From positions 1 through 64,000 of the forward strand of contig NIVC01000369.1 of the NCBI GenBank assembly GCA_002269645.1: a stretch of 64,000 nucleotides of DNA, in the 5' to 3' direction. Below, piece after piece: positions 1 through 34,672 of the stretch. A model generated the notes under the pieces. It searched no databases and was not told the DNA's origin. It worked only from the letters and a program-made list of their open reading frames with translations. The position numbers and the translations under genes were made by a program. The DNA comes from Macrostomum lignano (taxonomy: Eukaryota). Each line of letters starts with the position of its first letter. Position 1 is the first letter of the stretch.

Positions 1-150
1 AGAAGAGAAGGGGCAGAGGAGAGAGAAGAGAAGGGGAAGAGGAGAGAGAAGAGAAGGGGGGAGAGGAGAGAGAAGAGATGGGGAGAGGAGAGAGAAGAGA
101 GAAGGGGGAGAGGAGAGAGAAGAGATGGGGAGAGGAGAGAGAGAGAGAAG
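1..150. repeat. Purine-rich (AGAGA/AGGGG) low-complexity microsatellite
   Basis: Direct reading: agaagagaaggggagaggag units repeated from the window start. Confidence 0.9.
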
Positions 151-689
151 GGGACGGGCGGGCCAAGGTGGATCAAGTGAAAGGCAGTGCAACAAGCAGT
201 TTGCTTCACTTTTTTTTCGGTAAGCTTCAACTCCTATAGGTAGAAGCGAGAGAAGCCATTGATAGAGAACAATTGTGAGATTTTTCATGAATTCTTTTGC
301 ATGGAATGGAGAAATTGCTTTACGTGTGTATGACAAGGATCAGTGCTGCAATCCTTAATTCAAACACACAGGGATACAGGCTGGGGGGTTAGACAGGTTG
401 CAAATTCGTTTTCAGACACCCATGGGATTAACGGCGACTCAGCGAGATAAGCCAGTGCGTTATTTATTCCGGCGTCAAATACGAACAGCGCTTTCCTTAA
501 TCCCCTCCAGTTAGGTAAAAAAAAATTTCTCGGATAAAAAACGCTGCATATCCGTCTTCGGTTTTCTTGTCTGTTTTTTCTCTTCCAAACACGCATGAAG
601 CGTGTGCTTGGCTGTTTGCACAAAATGTCAAGCAGCTGTAGCTTTCATAGTGTGATAATAATAATGCTCACACGCCAACTACAGGACCG

Positions 690-703
690 GTTGCTATAGC
701 AAC
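690..703. promoter_or_regulatory. Perfect palindromic RFX X-box (GTTGCTATAGCAAC)
   Basis: 14-bp perfect palindrome matching the X-box consensus GTNRCC/YATRGYAAC, about 2 kb upstream of the first RhoGEF coding exon. Function is inferred. Confidence 0.5.
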
Positions 704-841
704 AGTCAGGCGTGTTGTTGCTGCCAAGAGGCAAGAAGGGGATGAGTGAGAGGTGAGGGAGCTAATTCAGCTCAGATCCATGTTCAACTATAGGAGCATG
801 TACTTTTAATTGGGGCTTAACTCGATGCATTTTGTTGCTAC

Positions 842-1985
842 GCTGGCTAGGTGTGTGTGTGTTTATAGACATGGCTAGGTGTGTTTATAGACACTGGCTA
901 GGTGTGTGTGTCTATAGACACTGGCTAGGTGTGTGTGTGTGTTTATAGACACTGGCTAGGTGTGTGTGGTGTGTGTTTATAGACACTGGCTAGGTGTGTG
1001 TGTGTTTATAGACACTGGCTAGGTGTGTGTGTGTGTTTATAGACACTGGCTAGGTGTGTGTGTGTTTATAGACACTGGCTAGGTGTGTGTGTTTATAGAC
1101 ACTGGTAGTGTGTGTGTGTTTATAGACACTGGCTAGGTGTGTGTGTGTTTATAGACACTGGCTAGGTGTGTTTATAGACACTGGCTAGGGTGTTTATAGA
1201 CACTGGCTAGGTGTGTTTATAGACACTGGCTAGGTGTGTTTATAGACACTGGCTAGGTGTGTTTATAGACACTGGCTAGGTGTGTTTATAGACACTGGCT
1301 AGGTGTGTTTATAGACACTGGCTAGGTGTGTTTATAGACACTGGCTAGGTGTGTTTATAGACACTGGCTAGGTGTGTTTAATAGACACTGGCTAGGTGTG
1401 TTTATAGACACTGGCTAGGTGTGTTTATAGACACTGGCTAGGTGTGTTTATAGACACTGGCTAGGTGTGTTTATAGACACTGGCTAGGTGTGTTTATAGA
1501 CACTGGCTAGGTGTGTTTATAGACACTGGCTAGGTGTGTTTATAGACACTGGCTAGGTGTGTTTATAGACACTGGCTAGGTGTGTTTATAGACACTGGCT
1601 AGGTGTGTTTATAGACACTGGCTAGGTGTGTTTATAGACACTGGCTAGGTGTGTTTAAAGACACTGGCTAGGTGTGTTTATAGACACTGGCTAGGTGTGT
1701 TTATAGACACTGGCTAGGTGTGTTTATAGACACTGGCTAGGTGTGTTTATAGACACTGGCTAGGTGTGTTTATAGACACTGGCTAGGTGTCTTTATAGAC
1801 ACTGGCTAGGTGTGTTTATAGACACTGGCTAGGTGTGTTTATAGACACTGGCTAGGTGTGTTTATAGACACTGGCTAGGTGTGTTTATAGACACTGGCTA
1901 GGTGTGTTTATAGACACTGGCTAGATGTGCTTATAGACACTGGCTAGGTGTGCTTATAGACACTGGCTAGGTGTGCTTATAGATA
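842..1985. repeat. 23-bp minisatellite (gtgtgtttatagacactggctag)n, about 48 copies
   Basis: Near-perfect tandem units; the 5' copies carry expanded (gt)n. Confidence 0.97.
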
Positions 1986-2444
1986 CTAGATACATTTCAG
2001 CACGAGTGACAGAATGGGGCACAGAGGCAACGCATCCTCCGAGTCAAAACTAATATGTATCGAATATTGCAGCAAAATGAAACCCCGGAAAGTAGCATCT
2101 GATGAAGCATTCAGAGTCTTGCCGAGATTCTGTGAGCTGAAATTCCTAGATAATAAATCAGAATTTTTATTACACCATATAAAATCTTTTTCTTCGATGT
2201 GCAACGCTTTCTTAGTCTGCTTCTTTCAGCAGCCTAGAAGAATCTTCTTCTTGACAAAAGCATAATTTCTCTTTTCTCAATTTTGGTCTGCAGTTTCGCA
2301 GATAGAAATGAAAAATTCATTAATACTTGATGTATTAATAAGTAACTTAGTAAAATGCAAAAAGCATGTGATGCTACTCAGTAGGACTTGGTCAGTAGTG
2401 CTATAGGCTCATTTCTGTACACGGCTTAATTATATTGAAAGTTA

Positions 2445-2625
2445 AAGATGGTCACTGTAGGATCAGAGAGGGGATCACTGCAGAATCAGAGAAGGGATCG
2501 CTAAAGGATCATGGAGGGGTCGTTGAAGGATCCGAAAGTGGCCGCTGATAGATCAAGTGGGGCTCACTGAAGGATCAGGGAGGGCTCACTGAAGGATCAC
2601 GGAGGGGTCACTGATAGCTCAGGAA
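2445..2625. repeat. Degenerate ~22-bp tandem repeat (gggtcactgaaggatcagagag-like)
   Basis: Recurring cactg-aaggatc motif at about 22-bp spacing. Confidence 0.6.
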
Positions 2626-2729
2626 GGGTGCGACACACACCTGGCCACTTTAAGCCCGACCCAACTGCATTTCTACTTGACTATATACTGTGTAATCTAC
2701 ATTGCAAAACGCTCCCACAGACACGCCAG

Positions 2730-26655
<23,926 letters not shown>

Positions 26656-29316
26656 AAGACTCAAATGAGACCTTGATAAGATTCATTTGTTTTTCTAGTT
26701 TGGTTTTCATTGACAGTTTTTTATTTTGACAATTGAAGTAAGCCTATGACCCGTCTAGTAGCCACGTGGAAAAGAATGGCAGAGCAGCACACAACGGTAT
26801 AATGATGTCGAATTCGAGCTGCAAATGAACTTTCGCTTAATTTTGCACAGAAATCATCGTGAACATTCTGTGTGAGCGAGTGCCCTGCGTACCGCGTCCG
26901 TGTTCAGGGTGCTTAGGTTAGCGGTTAAAGACCAGTAGACATTGTGTACAGTGATAATTTACCCACTAAAATGACAAGTTGAAGTCACTGTGCGTAATGG
27001 TAAGTATGTCTATGTAGGTGATGATATATCATTACATGGTAATTGAAAAAGTGTAATATTTTTTCCAAATTAAAGTTACCTTATAGCATGTCTACACGTA
27101 AATATAATTGTATATGCTACCAGTGCATCGTTGTCCAGCTGTAAGTAAACTCTCTCGTAGTTGGCGCTTGACAAGTTACAAATGTCATACGTGCACCATT
27201 GTGTTTTTACAATTCATCCATACTCTCCTTCATCAGCTTTTGTTTGAACGTTATTTATCAAAGCTATATAAAGCAATTGATATCGTGACAGATTTTTATC
27301 TACTTCATTCAATATGAACAATTGTATAAGGCGACATACACGTAACCTTCATTCCTTTAATCTGGTCTATGTACACTTGAGCACATTCATGTCAAAGTGA
27401 ATTAAACTGATCGCAGGCTTCACAACTTATTGCAGTTATTTTTGTGCATTGTAGTTGTGCATATAGTTAGTTCAATTAATAATTGTTTTGTAAGCTTTTA
27501 TTTATTTCAGTAATTCTGGTACATCGAGCAGCTATAGTTTTATTTTTCTAGCTAAAAAATTGACCTATGTCTATTCTGATCCACAACCTTTTCATTTTCT
27601 AAGAAATCTTATTGAATGCAATTAAAAACTTCGCTTAGTTTATTTCGTTTGTTACTTTGTGTATCAAGGATAGATCTGCTTTAATTAATTTGCTCTCAGA
27701 ATGTACATGCTTAACTATCTCTCGAGCTACCTAACTAGAACCTTCATGACTCATTCCCCCCTGACTCATCACTGAGTGCGTAGTTCTACTAGTGCCAAAC
27801 ATGACTCGTACAGTCCGATCCAATCCCAAGGACCACCGTAGTATACCAGAACGTAAAACTCAAATATCGTGAATTTTTTGGAGGCCAAGAATATTTTTTC
27901 ATCGTGAAATCAATGATTGCATTTGATCTGGGGCAGTGAATGAAGATTATGTAGCATGTTACTTTTTTATTGAAAAACTTGATTCAGGAAGGAACAAAAC
28001 TACAAATTAAACGCATACCACTTGCGAGTATTTAACAATGCTTTGGGTCTGGGATTATGTAACAAAAAGAAAACAATATGAAAAAAGAAACCTCTACTAC
28101 ACAGATAAATAAAATAAAACAGAGTAACATCATGTTCTGCATGCTAACGTAAAAATGGTAATCTTTTAACAGCCACAGATCGAATGCAGTGGCTAAATTT
28201 CCTATCTCTGAAGTGTGTTTTTCCAGGAAATCGGCCTTAAAAAATTGTACGATATTTTAGCTTACGTCTTGTTATGCAAGCGTACTAGAGTGGTCCTTGT
28301 ACGATTCTATTTTTAGCATAAAAGCCAAGTGACTCTCGCGTGACCTTGAATCACGTGTCATAGTTTGTGGCAGACTTATAGCATTGACTAGCCTGAAGTA
28401 CATCACTGTCTGGTAGGTTCAAATTTAGATGTATTTCTTATTATAATACTCACTGGGATCATTTCGGTAGGCTTCTCGTATATCGATAGCTATACCTTCA
28501 ATATATCTGAGAGCAACTGTATAGAATGGCCTTTGACCATACGCAACGTTGAGGACTGAAATTTATTGTCTTATTAGCTAGTTCGTAAAAATGCTGAACA
28601 TGAACACGTAAGATACAGAACGAGTTGTCTAATTTTTAAAAAGCATCGCATGTACATTAATAGTCCTGGACTTTTCAGTTCTGAATCTTATTGAATAAAT
28701 TAAAACGCTACTTTGGAAGTCAACGACAGCTTAGAAGATTTTTTAACAACTCATGACTTTAAAAAATTAGAGATCTCGAAACGCTAAAATACCACTTAAA
28801 TCATCATGTATTTTAGTCTCAACAAGAAGGCTCTACAGCCTTTTGTAAAATAAAAAGGATTGTGCAAATTCTGGGAAATGAACGTGATTGGCCAAGGGTT
28901 TTGTGATTTGCGTTGGTTTATTTTAAGCGTTAAATTTCAATATTATTAACACCTTGTTTACTACTATAGCAGATAAAAATATAGCAGAAAGTTAACACAA
29001 CGGTGATCAATTATCAATATAGATTTTAGTTTCATTTTAAGTGAACGAAAAATACTTCTAAAATCGAAGTCAATTTAAAATAAAACAATAAAAGTTAAAC
29101 AATAAATAAAGAACGCTGCAGGTCCTGAACAGCGTTCAAACCTTATTGGGACGCAAAGAGCTGGATTAAAATAAAAAACTTGTTTCGGGAAGAAGGTTAA
29201 TAGTTTAAGATAGAAAAGTACATCTATAGGTGTTATCCGACCACAGGAAAAAAAACAAAATAAACAGTGTCCTATACTTTGTTTACAAATAAAAAATAAT
29301 TTATTCACTGATCTTT

Positions 29317-29430
29317 TTATGTAGAGTTATTAGAATTGCTATTCGTTGCCAGGTGCTTCCGGGTGATGTAGCCGCGATAATTAGCTTGGATCTTAGTGGC
29401 CGCTTGATGGTGCACATAGTCAAAGTCTGC
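29317..29430 (-). CDS. Terminal exon with a canonical IQ motif (ADFDYVHHQAATKIQANYRGYITRKHLATNSNSNNST*)
   Basis: Acceptor cccacagcag; phase 0 matches the donor GCG|gtaatt at 30116. Not in the supplied ORF track. Confidence 0.82.
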   Translation of the reverse strand, partial: ADFDYVHHQAATKIQANYRGYITRKHLATNSNSNNST

Positions 29431-32225
29431 CTGCTGTGGGATGAGAATGCAATAATTTTTTATATTTAGCTAAAATTTATCATTACTGTTCTGTCAGCTG
29501 TTCTATAGCTAATTCTTATAGGTAAATGCGTATTACACGGCCTACAGTACCTATGAACTCGATTCCTTTGTAGCTAGTATCTAGGGTTTAGTTAGTTACG
29601 TACTTAGTTACGATCGTAGGTACACTCAGGTTACGAGTAGGTACACCCAGGTTACGAGTAGGTACACTCAGGTTACGAGTAGGTACACTCAGGTTACGAG
29701 TAGGTACACTCAGGTTACGAGTAGGTACACTCAGGTTACGAGTAGGTACACTCAGGTTACGAGTAGATAATTTACAATCAAGTTTCGAGTAGGTACAATC
29801 AAGTTACGATTAGGTACACTCAGGTTACGAGTAAGTACAATCAGGTTACGAGTAGGTGCAATCAAGTTGCGAGTAGGTACACTCAGTTTACGAGTAGATA
29901 CAATCAGGTTACGAGTAGGTACAATCGAGTTACGAGTAGGTACAGTCAGTTACGAGTAGGTACAATATGGTTACGTATAGGTCCAATTAGGCTAAAAATA
30001 ACTAAGCCATAATTATTTAAGTCTTAGACTATAAATCAATAATCTGACGGCGCACTACATAAGCATATAGGTAATCGATATAATTAGCTATAATTTATCC
30101 CTAAAATATAATTACCGCATTATAATCATCATCTTGGTTAAAATCAAAGCGACTATCGTTGGCGTGTTGGCCATTTATCAGATTAGCGTCTTGGTTAGTT
30201 GGTGACGACAAATCATTGCGTTGTTGAGGCGGCGGTGATGCCAGCGGAGCTCTGTAAGTGGCGTTGCCACCTTGAGCAGAGCCATCGCCGTTGGTTAGTA
30301 CGGCGTTGCTATTGGTTGCGCGCTGTAAGTGCGAGGCGTTAGAAATTTGCACTGCATGGCCAATTTAGCAACAAACGCTGTGCGAGAGGTCTAAACTAAT
30401 TGAATAGGATTGTTTGATTAGCTGAGAAAGAGACACTGTTTCTTGGATAAAGGCGGCTTAGATATGCTTCTAGAATGGAAATATTGATGCAAGTGAAGCT
30501 TTGAAGTATTAGATTAGTAGGTTAATTGGGTAGGTAGAGTCGGGAAGTGGTTGGGTAGATTGGGTAGGCAGAGTCGAGAAGTGGTTGGATCGATTGGGTA
30601 GGTAGAGTCAGAAATTGGTTGGGTAGATTGGGTAGGCAGAGTCGGGTAGATTGGGTAGGCAGAGTCGGGTAGATTGGGTAGGCAGAGTCGGGTAGATTGG
30701 GTAGGCAGAGTCGGGTAGATTGGGTAGGCAGAGTCGAGAAGTAGTTCGGTCGATTGGGTAGGTAGATTCAGAAAGTGGTTGGGTAGATTGGGTAGGCAGA
30801 GTCGGGTAGATTGGGTAGGCAGAGTCGGGTAGATTGGGTAGGCAGAGTCGGGTAGATTGGGTAGACAGAATCAGGAAGTGTTGGGGTAGATTGGGTAGAC
30901 AGAATTAGGAAGTGTTGGGGTAGATTGGGTAGACAGAATCAGGAAGTGTTGGAGTAGATTGGGTAGACAGAATCAGGAAGTGGTTGGGTAGATTGGGTAG
31001 ACAGAATCAGGAAGTGTAGGGGTAGATTGGGTAGACAGAATCAGGAAGTGTTGGGGTAGATTGGGTAGACAGAATCAGGAAGTGTTGGGGTAGATTGGGT
31101 AGACAGAATCAGGAAGTGTAGGGGTAGATTGGGTAGACAGAATCAGGAAGTGTTGGGTAGATTGGGTAGACAGAATCAGGAAGTGTAGGGGTAGATTGGG
31201 TAGACAGAATCAGGAAGTGTTGGGGTAGATTGGGTAGACAGAATCAGGAAGTGTAGGGGTAGATTGGGTAGACAGAATCAGGAAGTGTTGGGGTAGATTG
31301 GGTAGACAGAATCAGGAAGTGTAGGGGTAGATTGGGTAGACAGAATCAGGAAGTGTTGGGGTAGATTGGGTAGACAGAATCAGGAAGTGGTTGGGTAGAT
31401 TGGGTAGGCAGAGTCAGGAAGTGGTTGGTTAAGTAGAACTATGGACGTAGATAGGTTAGGAAGTAATGGAAGTATAGAATCAAGATTAGCTACTCAAAAT
31501 CTTATTTAGCTTATTGAGTCAAATTAAATATTAATCAGCAATATACAGCAAGCAAAATTAGTGAGAAAATTTAAGTGAGAAAAGCGTGATTAATTAAAGT
31601 AATTCAGTTAACCACGTAAGCGCGAAAATCAGCGTTAAATATTTGTTAATCTTTGTTAGTTTGGGGTTTCAATTCCTCTAGCAACTGTTAATACCAGTAA
31701 CCGGGAGCTGCTTGCAAAATATGAGCTACGGTAGCTACGCTTTAAAGAATTCAGACCGTTAGTTCGGCGGCTGCTGCTGCTGAGGCGGCTGATTTGCACC
31801 AGAAGTCGTCGACTGCTGTTTGGAGGCCTCAGACTTGGCGGCGTCCTTCCTAGTCTTGTAGCTGTTCACCGCGGCTTGAATGTTGCCAGCGGCGGCTGCT
31901 TCTGACGGCGTCTTTTCGGGCTTGGCTGTGGCTCCTTGCTGCTGCTGGGGTTGCTGCTGCTGCTGCTGTTGAGGCGTCTTAGCGGCAGATTTTGCTACAG
32001 CCTGCTTCCTAGTCTGATGCCCCTTGTAAGCCGACTGAATCGTTGTGGCGGCCTTGTCCAACTCTTGCGGCGTTGACTGCTGCTTCTGCTGTTGCTGTTG
32101 CTTCTGCTGTTGTTGCTGCTTGCCATCGTTGGCGCCAACTTTTTCAGCGGCAGATTTTCTAGCTTGGTAGCCTTTTACGCTGCTCTGAATAGTGGTGGCA
32201 GCTTTGTCTTTATCATTGCCGCTGT

Positions 32226-32275
<50 letters not shown>

Positions 32276-32442
32276 GGCTGCTTGTTGGCCTTGGAGTTGC
32301 TCTGGTCTGGCTTCACTTCCACCGGTCTTTGGGTCACCTTCTGAGCCGCGGCCTTTCTTGTATCGAAGCCTCGAATGCTGCTCTGGATTGTTGTGGCAGC
32401 TTTGTCCTTTTCCCCTGTGCTGGCTGCCTGGACTGGCTTCTG

Positions 32443-32479
<37 letters not shown>

Positions 32480-33539
32480 GGTTGCGACTGTTGCTGCTTC
32501 TGCTGCTGCTGTTGCTGCTGCTGCTGTTGCTGTTGCTGCTTCTGCTGCTGCGGCTTCTTTGGGGGCTGATTAGCCTTCGAATTGTTTTTATCCGACTGGA
32601 TCTGCACGGGTTGAGCAGTCTGCTTCTCGGCAGCGGTCTTCCTAGTCTTGAAGCCTTTGACACTCGATTGTATCTGGCTAGCGGCCTGCTCTTTCTCAGC
32701 CTGAGGTGAGGATATTTAACAGCTTTTATTTCGTGCTATGGGTGAGTAACGTTTTGTTGCCATGACATTTGAGTGCGACATCAATGCACAACAACGATTA
32801 TGATATGTAATTTAAGTGCATTTTGAGTGATCATGCTACATAAGAAACGATAACTTGGCATGTCTACGATAGAACAACAAATCTAAGGAAATTTCATTTC
32901 GACTTATATTCAATAGTTTGGTAAAAAAATCAACTTTAAATTAGTGTCAAAGTGGTGAACAAAAATGCAAATTTGTTCGCTTCTAGATACGGAAAGAGCC
33001 ACAACAAGGCTAAAATACAATAGCAAGACCTGATCATTGTTGGGCCAATGTGAGTGCGATTCAGCCTCATCATCATGATGAAGCCGCAGGTCAACATGAG
33101 ATGCTGATCGCTGCTCAGCATCAGCATCTGATTCATTGCCGGTTGAATCGTCGTCAAATGCTTGGAAATTGTTCGAACTCTGCGAGTCGGTATTTGAATA
33201 AAGATTGAGTCGACCTCTTCAACTTTACGAAAAATAACAGGAACTGAAGTATGACGCAGTCATGGCCCGATTCGCTCATGTCCTGAGACGTGCACAAGAC
33301 GTGCACAAGGCGAATTTGCTCGTGCCCTGCCCGAAATTAATGAAAATAATTCATGCCGTGCACGGATTCCAACTCAAAGCTTATACACTGGTGCGACAGT
33401 TAGACAACTTGAGCACAACTGAGCTACTGAATTCGCCCCTTGCTCAGCGTTAAAAATGTACACTCAGTACTACAATCAAGTAAACGGTTTTTGATTACCT
33501 TAGTTGGCTTTTTAGCTTGAGACTGTTGTTGCTTCGCTG

Positions 33540-33570
<31 letters not shown>

Positions 33571-34571
33571 TTGTTGTTGTTGTTGATTGTCCTTTGGTCT
33601 AAAATATGTTTTTTGTAAGATGCCGAAGCAATGAGCTAAGAATTCAAAGTATGTATGTTCGTTATAGCTACTTTAACTATTTTGAAGCCACAGAATTCTT
33701 AGTTTAAGATCTTCATACATTTCAAAACTTGTTGGTTACCAACGTCCTTGTGTAACTCTTACCTTCTTGAAGAATCCTTGGCAGGTGTGATTGGCTGAGC
33801 CAAGTACTTGATAGTGGACCTGCGCGGTGTTGTTGAGAACATCGAAAATTATGTAATTATCCATGAATTAGTATTTTAACGTAACAGTTCGAAATGTTTT
33901 AGTAAAATGCATAATACCATGCACGAAAGTACGAAAAACAAGCCAGTTGGCAACTAGCTACTGTTAGTAATGCATGATGTTGAAGGCAGGCTTCTAACAT
34001 ATAGTTTCTGACGTCGAGGTCTTTGAGGAAGATGAAAAAAACATTTTTAAAAATTTTAAAAAATGCAAGCACTACTTTTAAAGCCAAGTAAAGATGAAGT
34101 ACGAAATTTCCTTTACCAAGCGTGAATTTCGCTGTAGCAATATTTTTTTAAACACAGCAGGGGGTGGGGTTAAATTTCATTAACATCTTCATAGAAACCA
34201 TGCAATGAAATTAACAACTTTATATACAAAACATTGAAGCGCGTGCTTTTTCGCAACCATGGCAACGCCAACTGGGTCAAGCTTACGTACGAAGTCGTAA
34301 AAGCATAAATAATGTCCCTAGCAGACCAGAGCTGCACGGGAGATGCAAGTTCGCATGAAAATTAATAATTCATTGACTGCCCAGAGAGCAGCCAAGGCAA
34401 TCAGGGTTAATCTTGAATATCTGATGGATTCTCATTGTACTCCTCTTCATACTAAGTCAGTGCAAAATAATAAAGGTTTCTGAACAACTTTTCAAATAAT
34501 TGATTAATTAACATCTTAGGTCATACAGCCTCCGTGTGCATGACGTTTTTTTCAGAACACAACACAACACA

Positions 34572-34622
<51 letters not shown>

Positions 34623-34626
34623 CTCT

Positions 34627-34672
<46 letters not shown>

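Noticed and set aside
32092-32709. Poly-Leu/Cys/Ala plus-strand ORFs
   Set aside because: Antisense shadows of the CAG-rich IQ exon.
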